Counted from the first letter of the stretch, positions 41,742 through 55,965 are shown. The stretch: DNA of 64,000 nt from Chrysomallon squamiferum (GCA_012295275.1 CM022665.1:6324001-6388000); one strand, 5' to 3'. Notes: a model not told the origin generated them from the letters alone. A program made the numbers and translations.

Positions 41742-42714
41742 TATGATTTTGTTTTTATTGAATTATCTCCCTTAGAAATACAACTATAATAACAATATTA
41801 TTAATAATATATTAAAAATATTTGAAAATCTATAAATGTTTGAACGAAACTGTGAACTCTGACTTGGTGGTTAAAACAGGTCTGCATATTTTTTAAAGAT
41901 TTCTAGTTATATATTATACTGGTATAGATTTTAGGTTGAGAAAGAAAAAAGAACCAACAAGACAACTAATACATATTTCATAAAACACTTTATTACATAT
42001 CCAACAAATATAGAAGTAAAAAGTGGTTTTGTTTTCTCAACTCAGTTAGTGTGGAAAATTTACAAACATTATTTAAACATTTTTAAAATGTTTAAATTTT
42101 TACAACCTGAAAAAATTAACTTTTACAAGTAACAAGAGTCTTATTATTACTAAACTGAAACCAGCAAAACTGATCAATATTTTTGATTTTTCTATTTATA
42201 AATCAATATCAACAAACAAAAATGAAAAAAAAATCTACCATTATTTAACTATACATACTCAGAGATGATTAACAGAGTAAACAAAAACCTTCAAAGAAAT
42301 CATCTTGCATTATTAATTACATTCATTTATAATATTTATCAAAATCATGATGAAAAATATTAAACTAATTAAATATAACATTTAAAACCAAATATATTAT
42401 ATTTTATGAAAATATAATGTAACCATTTTCTGACTGAACAATTTTCACTGTTTCAAAAAGAGCTTTTGGTTTCTCACAATTCCAGTGGTTTTCTAATGAT
42501 ATGTATGTTTCAAAGATCTTAATAAATTTTAACTAGAACAACTCACCAGTGTATCTGGATAAAAAGGAAGTAAATATCAAACATATTTTGAGTAATGTTT
42601 CAGTCTAACAATATTCTACATACATAATGATCTTCTGATTTCATAACTGATGAAACAAAGTCATAATTTATGACATAGCTTATTAAAACATCTTTCTTAA
42701 AAATTAGAAAATTG

Positions 42715-45700
42715 CTACCTTAACCAAAGTTTTAGTCTCAGTGCGTCAACACCATTTAAATAATATCTAAAAAGTCTCTTGTCTCTAACAAATCCTAAAT
42801 TTTCATAAAGATTCAGTGCAGCTCTGTTTGTGATCTCTGTTTCTAACACAACCTGAAAAACAAAATAAAATAAATGATACTTCCTACATTAGTGAACAAA
42901 TATTATGCAAAGTTTATTATTAATATATGTCTTATATCCTATCTTTGGTATGTAAAGCAGTTTTACGAGTCTTGCAGTATTAACACATTTGTTTTGTCCT
43001 ATGTAATATGCAGTGTGCCTATACGTTTGTAGATATGAGTGTTGTCACTGTTTGTGTAAAATGTGTAAAACAAACACACACATGACACGTGCAGAAGTAT
43101 TTAAAGTGTCTTGATATTTCACATGGGTTATATAAATTTTGTTTATGTAGTTTAGGTTTAAGAATGAAAGAAATATATTACTTCGATATATATATATATA
43201 TATACAAATAAAAATGGGAAACTCAGTGTACATGTCACCATTAAACTTATAATTAATTTCATGTAAATGCTTTTTGGATTAAAGCTTTTGCATCTCTAAG
43301 CTGTCGACATACCTCATCACAGTGATCATATATCATTGCTCTGATAGCCTTTGTAACAAGATTTGAACCTGGAAAGAGTAACAGAATAAAATATTAAATA
43401 ATATTTGATACAATTCAGGAATAAAAATCAGTAAAATCTATTTGTGTATTTCTTTCTAGACAGAACATTAGTATTCTGCTGACATGTATCTAATGTAAAA
43501 AATAAAAACAACAATCTCATGAAACTGTGGCCCTGTGTAAATTATACTTTAAATTTCACAATAACTCTACAAAATTCCATTTAATTAGCAAATCTGGTAA
43601 ATAAAATTCTGAATAATTGAAATCTTGTAACATGTGAAAATATCCATATAATTGTTAATTATAAGAACAAACACTGCTGTTAACCAATTTTTTTCCTCCG
43701 ATAATTCTGATCAACTGCCAGCATTGCAATATAGCCTCGTCTAACCATTTTCTTATGCATATCCAGCTTACACACAATAGCACCAACACAGGTATCTCCA
43801 TCCATGGCCTGCAATATAAATCATAAAATGAAAAACAACTTTGCTAATAACCAAGAATAAAAATAATATAACAAGTCCAAGATAATGAAGAAAAAAAAAA
43901 ATTTACTTCATTTACCCCTTCATTTAGTATACATACATATATATATATATATATATACCCATGTTTAAATTTGTCCTGATGAAATGAGGATGCTAAATAC
44001 TAGAGTTGTCAATGATCTGGTTAGTTTGTCTGATTATTAATACCAATTTGGTGCTAGTATTATTTATATTTCATTGTTTACACAAGGGGTCCCCGAACTA
44101 TTTAGACCACAAACCCTTCATGGAATCCTTGATCCCAATGCACTGTTTTATTAGTAAATGAAGGTATAAATCCAAATTTCAAATATTCTTGTGAATATTG
44201 TCTGCACTTCTTATTAACAACAGCAACTGCCATTGTGCTTACTAGAAATATGGTAAAGTTTAACAATAAATGTACAGCTATCAGTTCACCGACACCACTC
44301 CATTAGCTGCAGTTGTTGAGTATGTCCTGGCTGTATCTGGTTGGTGCCATCAGACAGAAAATGGCAAGCTGGGGTGATGCCACAACCCCATTTTTAATTA
44401 CATAATTGAAAATAAAGCTAAGACTAAGCTAAAATGTTTTAAAATGTTAGACAATATAGTTAATATGTTTATCAAGTATTTAAAAAAAAAAAAATAGAGC
44501 ATATGAGTAAAGAGGATTTAAGTCAATTCATTTACATGAAAACAGGTATTACAATGGTCCATTACCTTTTAACTATATTATTATCATTATGTTTCACTAA
44601 AGTTCAAACAGAATATAAAAACAGACCCTGATTTACACTATAAAGCATGCCTGTAACATAAGTACAGTTACACACTTAATTGTGTAACCTTTGTTATACT
44701 GCATTTAACATTAATTTCATTTCTAGTCATAATTATCTTTCTGATTTGATGAGCAACACACACAGACACACAGATGTACACACATACATGGACACACATC
44801 AGCCATCTATTATCTAAAGCAGACCTGGACATTTCACATCCCTTTGGTTGACTGACCGGCCTATGTAAGGTTAATTGGGATTTACAAAATAAACATATTT
44901 TCTAATTTCACCTCATGCATGGACTAACGCTGCATTGCTTTTATTTTGAAAGTGGTTTTTATTCACGTACAGATCCCTGTGTTTAAGGATCACAATTTGA
45001 GTCGGCATTATGAGACGAAACACGTGGAAAAATACATAAAACTTGAAAGGGCGTGGACATCAGAAGCTTTGCTAGCTAAGCTACAAAAGCAGCAAGGCTT
45101 TTTTCACCAAGCTTCACACATCCAGGGATGCAGCAACCAAGACTAGCTGTCAGCTTTGCTTCACATTTCCACCTCAGACATTCAAACTGACTTTGATGCA
45201 CTAGTTAAAGCCCAACAGAAACTAGATTTCTTTCACTGAACAAGAAAAAAGAAACAAAAAATACCAAATGTGGTGGTTAGAGTACAAATGAAGGCATGTA
45301 AAGGCACCAACTAGCAGTGAACTGGAACACTTTCTTTGGAGACCTTTTTCTCAAAATCACAGTTCAGTGACAATCATTAATATGTTGTATCTTGCTTAAT
45401 ATTTGGAGTACAAAGACAATATTGTGATGTCTTTAGAAAGCTAAGAACCTCTTTCCAAATGTATATAAAACTCAAAATGTGTTCTGGGGTGAATGTAACT
45501 GAAAATGATCACTAATATAATGAGTCACAAATGTTAAAAATGTTCACATTTTGTTTACCATTGTTTTGAGAAATTTTATTGAATAAATGACATTTTTTGT
45601 AAGGCAACCTCACTTTTTCATTGTTTAATCATAATATATACTCTTATCAGTCTTACCAGCTTGTCAAAACAATGCTATTTACTGCTTTTTATAAGGAAAT

Positions 45701-46440
45701 ACAATTAATGTTATGCAGAATTGAGTTACGCCTTTTGGCCCGGCCCTCCACAATATTATCTGTTTTTCATGTGGCCCCATGGAAAAAATAATTGCCTACC
45801 TGATCTATAGGATGCCTGTAAGTCTAAGGTGAGGGAGGTTCCATTTTGATATTCCTGTTCACAATTTATTATCATTTATTACTACTTATTAAAAACAATT
45901 TTCTAGCAGACAACAGGTATCATAACAAACACTAACAGAAAATATACGTATATTTTTACATAATAACATCAACACTTAATTAATAAATAAATAAATAAAT
46001 ATAGCTTTCTTGTCAATTTTGTTTTCTTCTGTCACTGAATCATGTAAATTTACTGCCAACATTTAGCTGACACTGTTAACTGTAATTGTGTAAAGTACCA
46101 TACTGCAATAGATTCAATAATAATAAGAGACGTTTAGCTGATTTTAAATATTATATTAAAATACATCCATGTATTAAATTTCAGTTACAAATTTTAGTCA
46201 CAGTGTGTTTATCAAAGTTTACGTTGAACTCACCAAAAAACATAATTTCGGCCAGTTGTGAATGAAGTATCGATATGTGTAAATGGAATAAGGTTCAGAC
46301 AAATCTTTTGTTATTAGACGCATTATATCAGGCATTTGCTTCTCTGATTCGTAAACAACATATTCAATGCCATCTCGGATGTCTTTCATATTTTCATCAC
46401 CAACTTGTGATTCATGTGTCAAGCTTTCTCCTTCACTCAT
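42715..46440 (-). CDS. NAA30: N-alpha-acetyltransferase 30 (NatC catalytic subunit, MAK3), 4 coding exons; alternative ATG at 46470
   Basis: [98 protein letters not shown] with TAG at 42715-42717. Confidence 0.96.
44820..45802 (+). mobile_element. hAT (Charlie/SPIN/GTF2IRD2-like) internal-deletion derivative
   Basis: CAG...CTG termini with an 8-bp TSD ATCTAAAG/ATCTATAG (one mismatch). Transposase remnants: [15 protein letters not shown] at about 44980-45030 and C-terminal [26 protein letters not shown] at about 45160-45239. Confidence 0.82.
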
Positions 46441-48285
46441 TCGTAGACTGTTGATAAGGCAAATGCACATTTACAGCGAACCATTTAAAAGAATAGGTTT
46501 ATAAAATATATTCAGATTCTTTATATCATCCTGTATCTAGTATATGAATATAACTGAAATTATTTGATTGATCATTAACTGTTTAAATATAATGATTTTG
46601 ACTAAAACATGCTCTGTGTTAAAAACCAAAACATAATGAACCAATTTTAGAGATTAAATTTAAAACAAGTTATTATATAGTAGACATATAAATTTTCAAT
46701 GACATCATCAGAATGTGTGTAGTTTTCCATTTTACATTCATACGCATTGGGGTTTTTCGGGGCGAGGGGGGGGGCAAATATCCCAGCTGAAAACGTTAAA
46801 TAATTTATAATTTTATACGGTAATATTTTTTCTCGTTCACGATAAATACTGAACGACACTAACCTGCCATGCAAATTGTAAAACAATGAATTTATAAAAG
46901 TAGTTTATTTAGGTACTATTTTAATGAGAGATTGCTTCCGTTTATGTTATGAGGATCCAGTCTTGCATTTGCTTTCGATTTGACATTGAAAGGAAATGAA
47001 TTGAATTTTGGTATAATATTTTATTGTTGTCGATTTTCTGTTGTAACAATATTAATGAAATTATTTACATTATTTATTTATTATATTACTGGAAACTTTG
47101 TTTGACCAGAAGGTTAAAAATACGAATATGGCTAGCTGAAAATTGCATCATACATATTATCGGACGTGATCAAAACAACCTCTATTCGACGTTAGTCCCA
47201 GCTAAATAAGAAGGTACTTGTGGCTTATCAGAGGTATAAGTGATTTTTGTGACACATTTTGCGTTTTTACTGAATATAAAGCATATGTCATACATTAGAA
47301 TTAGTACTGTGTATTTAAGAACTTCAAATAGTGAACATTTGAATTTTTGTTTAGCTTTTCTTCTGCAGTATCTGATTATAAGTGTCATCTTAATATGTTC
47401 TTAATGTTCAGTAGTGTAGTATAATTTATTTATTTTAAATCAGTTACCAAGTTTAAGTTAGTAATTACTCGGTTTAAATTTTATCCATTCCCGTACAAAT
47501 GGTTTAAAAAACGTCTTGGTGACTTTTTAGTTATTTTATTGTTTTGAGGAACCTACCGTCACCAGTAACAAAATAATGCTGTTGAACGTCACCTTTTTAC
47601 CCTTTACTGATGTGTATATGGTAGACTGATAATTTTATTTTCAGTGACATCACAACTACATAATAATGGTAGTATAATACTATCCACATATTTGATAACT
47701 TTACAATGTTGTTATTCTTTGCAATAAATTAAATGGAATTACAAAAACCAAAGAAAATAAATCTTGAAAGTATTTTTCATATCTTTTTCAAAAAATCATA
47801 GCAACCATGAATCAAATATTGTTGTCTATGTCAATAGTTTATTATTATTATTATTATTATTAATCAAAATAATAATTTTTAAAAAGAACATTACTATATG
47901 TAAAATATTTTCTACTAAAAATGCACCTTGTTGTTCTACATATTGAAGAACACCAAGTATAGGATTTTTAAATTTATTGCCTACATTTAATACCTATTTG
48001 TTTGAATTTGATTTTATTGCAGTGTGATTAGATAAGATATATAATGCAAAATGTAATTTGTTTATGCACAACCCAAATTACTGATATAATGCTGATTCAT
48101 ATTTAAAAAAAAGAAGTTTGCAGCAGGAAAACTTTATTTTATTTCATTTTTTAAAGTCTGTCTTTTTTTAATAATTTCACCCTTATATGTTCACTTGAAA
48201 CACAATTCTAATTCTCTCTCTGTATATATATATATATATTTTTTTCCAAACCCAGTAAGATTTCATTTAATAATACTAAGAGAGA

Positions 48286-48795
48286 ATGTCTTCACCACCA
48301 AAGAAAGATGAAAGAAAGAAGTGCTGGGATGCCAGAGATGCCTATTTTAAGTGTCTGGAGGATAACAACGAGGATAAAAGCAAATGTGGAACAATCAGAC
48401 AACAGTTTGAAAGTAACTGTTCAAACACCTGGGTAAGTAAACTTTTCAGTTTGAATTATAAATCTCAACTTTTATATTAAAGAGTAATTTATTAACTTCT
48501 TTTGAAAAGAACCTCTTTGTAACTGAACTTTGCTCGATTTCTTTCCAGTATCAGAAACAGAACTGAGTTATGGAAAAAGATTAATCATTATACAGAATTA
48601 GTACTTTATTGTATCAGTTTTTGCAGTGTAGATCATAAAAATTCAATAGTCGCTGCATGCATGTCTTTCATTTAATTAACTTGTATGTTTTTATTTTTCC
48701 AATTTCAGGTAAAGTATTTTGAAAGAAGGCGAGAGTATTTAAAATATTCTGCAAAACTAGAAGCTGGATTTGAGCCTGCCCAACAAAAGGCATAG
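48286..48795 (+). CDS. COA6: Cytochrome c oxidase assembly factor 6 (77 aa, 2 coding exons)
   Basis: Exons 48286-48432 and 48709-48795. CX9C...CX10C motif (CWDARDAYFKC, CGTIRQQFESNC) followed by WVKYFERRR. Confidence 0.9.
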
Positions 48796-50485
48796 TACTG
48801 AGAGGTGCCAGCATCAATTTAACCTAATAAAGAGGTTCTGAACATTTAATGAACTATTTCTATGTCCTTGTGAAAAGAAGTGACAAATGAAATAAATATT
48901 TGATAATGAAAGTTATTCATTAAGTCAGATATACTAAAACTACTATGATAACCAATTGTAAATAAGTCTGGATTAGATTTTCCTTTTTCCAGACTTCACT
49001 CTTAACATTAATAAAACAGAAAATTAAACATGTTAACATAGTTTTTATTGTATAGATAACAAGTGGTATAGTTTGTAAAACACTGCTTTAAAGTGTTTAC
49101 AAAATAAGTAAATTGATATCAATTTGAAACTTATGTTTCTCATTTCATAAGATAATCAGTGCTCCATAAGATTTTTTTTTCTTTTTTAAAGCATTTTTGT
49201 TTACATTCTTTTTCATGTATGTGTGTAAATTAGTGAAAACAATAACAAATTTATATTGATTGTACTAATAAATAAAATTTGACAAAAATTACGTTTTTAT
49301 TTTTTTGTTCTTTTAAATTCAGATCAGCAACAGGTTCAGGTATTCAGGTGTAATGATACTGAATGCAATATTGAGCCTTGCTGTAACTATTAAAAAAAAA
49401 AAATAATAATTCTTTTGAACTTTGTAGTGTAATATTGTTTAATTAAGATTGATTTATTTCATTTAAACCAGTATTAGTGAATTATATGGCCTGTTCATTA
49501 AAACTAAGAACAAAAAGAAAATCAACAAAACACGTAGTGAAAACAAAATGATTATGGAATAATAGGAAGTTGTGAAATTTGCCATTATTAATGTTGAAAA
49601 CCAAATTTTGAAATTATTTTTAAAAAAGTAAAAAAGAACAACATTTTTTTTTTTTTTTTTTTTTTTTTATCACTAAATAGAATATCAGATTTCACATAAA
49701 ACTTGATATTTCAACAGATGTTGGTATTATCCAAACACTTAAAATTCAGAAATGCTTAGCACTTTAATAACTTGTATTACATGATTATGTAAAATAAAAA
49801 ATAATTGAAGCAATCTTTCAGAAGAAGACTCATCTACAAAGCAAGTGAAAAAAATAAAAACATTAAATGATTACAAGATGTTCAATGGTTTTTGTACTAT
49901 AGTACAAATATAACTTGAAAATACAAATGGCAGAAACAAGTATCAAGTCAAATGACACGAACAACATAAATTGTGAAATCTACTGGAAAATGTTTATTTC
50001 TATTTTTCCTCATTATTCTCACACAACAAGTCCTGTTGTTGTTACTAAAGAAACAATTATACATAATGAAATCTTTTAATTATAATCCAGTAATTTAAGA
50101 TTTCAAAAATATTCTGCAAATCATCAAATTTTAGAAGTTATAAAAAATGTCTTTTTTCTGTGAACATTTGTGTGGCCACAAGTTCATAGGATCAAAATAT
50201 ACAAATATGTATATTGAAAGTTGTTGAACATAAAAGTGACAGGTTTTTGTATGGTGAAATACTACTTCAACTCAGATACTGGGTAATAAATGCCGAGAAT
50301 TTTGTATCAGGCATACTTATCTGATGAATAAAAAGAAAATGGCAACAAGAACAAAACTGTTTTTCTTCATGAAAAACAAACAGTCTGAATCACAAACACT
50401 GTTTTGTTTTATGTGATTTACTCCTTAAAAATATGTAGGTTGTTTTTACTTCTTGCAAGAATTACATCAGTAATGATTTGTTGTA

Positions 50486-53400
50486 TCACACTGAAACAGA
50501 AAGAGAATAAGTAATAAACTAAATGTAACAAAAAGATAGTGGTCAGTTGCTGTGACATAATGGTGAGATGTTTAAATTATACTTAGTTCATTTTTGTTTG
50601 CTTTGCAGTCTAAGTACATCTGACATATTTTGCATGCTACCTCAAACATATTTGCTAAATGTTTCAACGAATACTTTGCTAATTTTGTCTTATAATTTAA
50701 GTATTAATTAGAATAAAAAACTTTTTTTTAAATAAATCAGACCCAAATAACTTACATTCTGACTTCCGTCTTTGTGCTTGCTGTTTTAATGCCTACAAAA
50801 TAAAAGGATCAGAATTCTCAGAAACAAAAATATATTGTTATATAAATGTATTGTCAGTTCAAACCATTAAAAATAAATTAATAGTTAAAATATTTATTTA
50901 AATTTATATATATATAATTAATATGAGATAAATTATAAAAACAAATTCTGTGTGCTTATCTTCATTTTGTACTGTGAGAACTAATTCATGTTAATTCTAG
51001 CAATTAATCTTTCTTTCTACTTTCTACTAGTATAATGCAAATTTTAAGATAAAAAAGTATTAAACTATTGTTTAAATGAACAAACCTTTTTTATGTCTGT
51101 CCAGTCTTCAATAATATCAATTTCCTTCAGCATATAAATTATATATGGTCGTACAAAAAAATTAAGGAAAATTACTTGTATTTCAATAAGTTTCAGTTTT
51201 TGTAAAACTATCTACACAGCTATTGAGTCACATTTATTTTTCAAATCTTAACTAAATGCATATGTTAAAAAAAAAAGTATTGTAACTATACAAAAATGTT
51301 TGTGGATAATATTACTTTCTGGTATCTGATCTCAGATTTATATTCTAGTGACTACAATTTCAGTTAACAATCTTAACATCAAGGGTCTAATTAAATTATG
51401 GTTAGAATCATGTTTGTATTCAAACAGTATGTTGAAATACACATACAGTTGAAATGTTAGTGCACTGCAAATATTCAAAAATGTATATTTGTATTATGAT
51501 ATTTCTGTGCATACACTAAAGACTAAACTAAATAATACACAGAACTTCCACAGCTATGTTGTAAAAGTAAAAAGGATATCTGTCACTGTGACTGGTTTTC
51601 GCCTTCGGTCTGTACTAAATGGATCAGTACTTTTCTTCCTCTTCTTTTGTGTCTGAGATTCATTCCAGAGATCTATATAAAAATAAAATAAAACAAAAAT
51701 TCAGAAATATTAATTAAAATCTTTTCAGAAATCAGTTTTCTTTGATAAATATATAGTTTTAATACATTATAAAAATTGTATCCAACCTGAAGATATGTCA
51801 ATGTTATGTCTATCTTCTTCCAGCCTGCGTATTTTTTCTTCAAGTTCTTGTTTCACACTGTCATACAATAAAAGCTTTTCACTCTGAAAATAAAGCATAT
51901 TATTAGTGTGTGTGTGTGTGTGTTTAGTGATAACTAACATTAATTTGAAATTCAATTTGTTTATGTTTTTGGTAGAAAACTACAGGTACATTTTGTTCTT
52001 TTCAAAACTGTTCAAAAGAGAAATAAAGGTTTTAAATATGAACAAAGTGCAATATGATATTTTAAATAATTCTTTTAACTTTTGTTTCAAGTAATTAATT
52101 AAATTTATTTGCAGTAATCAATGATATAAAATTACATTTTCTGCCACATATAAAGTGTAAATAAGAGCACATATAGTACCTCCATGTGCTGTAAGGAACC
52201 CAGTTTTTCACTTTCAAACCTGTTCTTGATGCAAGCTATTCTCAGATCTTTCAGAATGCCTGAAAAGAAAAGAATGAATCAACCAAATATTTTTCAATGA
52301 TTTAAATTTTACAAATAGGTGAATGTTGGAAAATGAAAAACAAAATTCACATTTACTAGTAAAATGATTATAAAAAATAAAATTAAAAAATACATATTTT
52401 TGTGTGTGTGTGTATAATGTACATGTACATGTACTTGTATATAATAAATAATAAATGCTAAATATGTTATTAAACCTGAAACTTCTGTTCTTATCCTCAT
52501 GTTTTCTTGTAGTTGTGCAAGTGGATTTAAATACTCAGCAGCTTTCCCAGCAATCACTTCTTTCAGTTTTGCTTCCATCTGACACATACGCTCAGTGTAC
52601 AGACTATAAACAATAAAAATTGCATTTCAATAACAATAAATATAAAACCAGTATGTTTTCAATTTATTGTTCAATGTGAATTATCTACATTTTTAATAAT
52701 AATTCTAAACTACATTTTATATACATTTATGGTTCAATACCATTCAATGACTGTATGTTAAGAGTAAAATATTACATTACGTCCTGAAACAAAACAGTCT
52801 ACTGTGTCATTTATAAAATATTAATGACTGAATCCTTACTGTTCCTTGAGTTCACTGAACTGCCTTTCCAATTCATACATGTCTTCCAGACATTCCGTTT
52901 TCCGGTTCTGGCATTCTTCTTCATCAATTTCTGAAATAACAATTTATAATATCCACAATATAACAATAATAATAAACACCATAGAACACAAAATGTGTTC
53001 ACCTGAAAAAAGAAAGAATGAAAAAACAGAGGTTTTCTTACAGAAATTGAAAGACAATGAAAAGAAAATGGCTTTTTTTTTTTATTAGTAGCAATTAATC
53101 TTTTATACGCACCATACTACAGGTTTCTGTCATCAGATATGGAATAAAGGATAGAATGATGCAATGGAATACTGCCTGGAATGAGAACCTGTCAATAGGC
53201 CACTAATGGGGTTTGTAACTAAGCAAATCAGATAAATGTTTTATCAGAACTACACCATGTCCCTTGGACTTTTGCCAAAAAGGGTTTAAGCTAGGCTAGT
53301 AAAGTAGGGAGAAGGGACTTTTCCCTATAGATGCAAGAGGTTTTGTGAAAGAGAAATGAGACAATACAACATAACTAAGCTGTTGTCATAAACATAAAAT

Positions 53401-54727
53401 TAAACATCTACATGTATGCATCAATATTCTGTTTCTAATAAATAGTACCTTTAGCAAAATATTTTAAACAGACTCAAACCATAAGATTATATAATAAGTT
53501 TTATTTTTAAATTTGTTTCTGATTACTTGCAGCCTGCTTCCTTCAGATGTGGAACCCTAGTTGAGTAGATTTGTAAATTGTAATCTTTCCTGTACATGTA
53601 CTTATGTTTATTCAATCAGCTGGTCACATGATCTCCTTCCATATCTCTATTAAATTTGTTCACAGACACAAAGTCTGCATCATTTAATGAATGGCATATG
53701 GAGAAGATTTGTGTTGTTTGTCATTAAACAAGTCAAATGAGGCTCCCAGAGTAAAAAAAGAATACATTTTAATGATCTTTACACAGTTTCTTTGTGGATG
53801 AAAGCAATGAAACTGGAAAGGTCTGCAGCATTATTTAGGTTTGTGATTTATTTATTCAGTCCTTTTGGTTTATAAACCAATATGTAACAGACGTAGAATA
53901 TAAACAAACTAATTTTGTTTTTCCCCCTACGATGTATTAATCTGTGATTTTCTTGTTGGGGGTGGTTATATTTGATTTTATTTTCAAATGGATAGTTTGC
54001 TGTGAACCACTTTTACATTTCTATAGCTATATGGTCATAAGTTTTGGTATGCATGTGCAATTGTATCATGTTTCAACATTTTACTGTTTACATTTATCAA
54101 TGCATGAAACGATTCTCATAATAGCAGACGAATTTTCATCATTATCTGCTGTTGAAAGTGCCGTGAAAGAGGGTGTTTCATACTGAAAAATTGTGAAACT
54201 GTCAATATTATTGTGGAACAGTAGGATTTGTAGTCTCATACAGGTAGTCCCGATGACACATTTCAGAAAAAGAATGAAATACAATTGATGGAGACAAGCT
54301 ACAGAGTAACATAATGCTGCTACTGACAGCTGCACCAGTAATTGTCGTAAAATAGCTTGATGGTAAAATGTCACAACTGCTCATATATAATATATATAAA
54401 GGCTTTAACTTCTGTCTTTAAGACTTAAGGCAGTGAGCTATCATTCATCTTATTAGAGTTGCGTCCCTTAATATAAACTACATTCAGTGCATAATTCGAA
54501 ATATTAAATAAAGATAATTTTATTTTTAAAAGATATTTATATAACAACTATGATACATAACCTTTAAAAATTAAATACAAACCTGAAGAAGATTCTGCGT
54601 CATCTTCAGAAGATGCCGTACCAGTTTCATCGTCAGAACTTTTGTCGCTGTCTGGAGTCTCATGCTCCATATCCTCTTCTTCCGTTAATTCATTTTCTGG
54701 CATGGTTGTTATCTTTTCGTTCGACAT
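50486..54727 (-). CDS. BRMS1: BRMS1/BRMS1L-family Sin3-HDAC subunit, 9 coding exons
   Basis: Acidic N-terminus, [77 protein letters not shown]...IEDWTDIKK, ending RRKSEL* with TGA at 50486-50488. An alternative start ATG lies at 54703. Confidence 0.92.
51151..51579 (-). other. U12-type AT-AC intron in BRMS1
   Basis: 5' end ATATCCTTT, branch TTTCCTTAAT (51170-51161), 3' end TAC. Removal restores the conserved ...VTG|PYI... frame. Confidence 0.95.
53085..53262 (-). mobile_element. Degenerate tRNA-derived SINE fragment
   Basis: ATTAGTAGCAA..TCTTTTATACGCACCAT...GGAATACTGCCTGGAATGAGAA...AATAGGCCACTAATGGGG resembles the same SINE family as 13770-13990. Based on recollection, not a search. Confidence 0.45.
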
Positions 54728-55269
54728 TGGCAAATACGTTAAATAATTACCAAGTCAGGGAGAAAAAATATAAATAAAATAAAAAAGAAGCAGCGGCATT
54801 TGTTGTCAACACATCTAGGCAGTGTCTGAGCATGCGTCAAGGGAATACCCGGGAATTCCACTTCCATCTGGTTAAAAACATTATTGGTCTCAAACAACAT
54901 TTAGTTTTCGTTAGAATGTCTGTTCAATTGTCAGACGGAAGAAGCTTGATAAAAACGTCTGTATTAAGAGCTGTGTTACCAAGACAATACCAGTATATTT
55001 TTATTTTATTATTATTTGTCTAATTATTACTATTATTTAAAAAATAATAAATAAATAAATAATAAATTAACAAACAATATGTATATGTTTTGAGGGGTGA
55101 GGTAGATTATAGTTTTTAACCAATAATTGAAGTAGTTAATTATATTAAAAGTTTTAATTGAATAGCTGCATTTATATAAAGTTTATTTATCAGTTTTCCT
55201 TTATTATTATTATTTTTTAATTATTATTATTATTTCCACCGCCCTGATTAAAGCTAGACCCTCAAATCA

Positions 55270-55375
55270 GATGTAGATATCTTTCTGGGGCGTCCTTGCT
55301 ATCTCTTCCACCAGATAACGATTTAATTGTGTTTTAGGGATGCTTACATTTGACTTAATACATGCCCGATACACT
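55270..55375 (-). mobile_element. Highly decayed RTE-like LINE ORF C-terminal fragment
   Basis: The minus strand gives IGHVL and, after a frame change, KR*QGRPRK, resembling the W.GHVLR...GKR.RGRP motif at the end of RTE ORFs. Confidence 0.4.
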
Positions 55376-55388
55376 CCAGGTTTTTATT

Positions 55389-55423
<35 letters not shown>

Positions 55424-55965
55424 GTGGTATAGTGTTCATTTCATCTTGTTTTTATTTTCTTTATGTTCCTTTTTTTTTTTTTTAGTATTATAAATGACGA
55501 AAATATTTTAGGTAGCTGCACAGTGAGCGAGAGGAGGCATACCTTTCTTAAATGACAAACCAAACACACCTCTGACTCTCATAAACTACCAGCTATAACT
55601 GATCAATAACTGACATAAAGTTTGCGACTGTGCATCGAAGAGTTGAAAAAATAGCCCACATCAGAAGTCAGTACGATCATGATGTTATAATGTATCTGAA
55701 TTTTACCATTTATATTTACGGTATTTTCTTTTATTTCTATCATTAATTGTATCATGGATTATCCTGAAATTTGGAATCAGTTCACTGAGAGAAACTGTGT
55801 TATCTTTGCGGATCACAGATTTAGAAGCTTACTGAAGATACATAACAAAATCGTAATTATCATCATTACACGACGGTTAATCAAATTTTAGCAAAACCCA
55901 TTTAGTTGGCGGTCTGGATCACATGATTAAATACTGCCATTTGATTGGATGTTTATAACTGTATC

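Noticed and set aside
44083-44400. CAAGGGGTCCCCGAACT, resembling a hAT/MER TIR
   Set aside because: No convincing right TIR or TSD could be located.
54081-54374. 97-aa ORF or possible poison exon in BRMS1 intron 1
   Set aside because: No homology recognised and only weak donor candidates; cannot be supported without transcripts.
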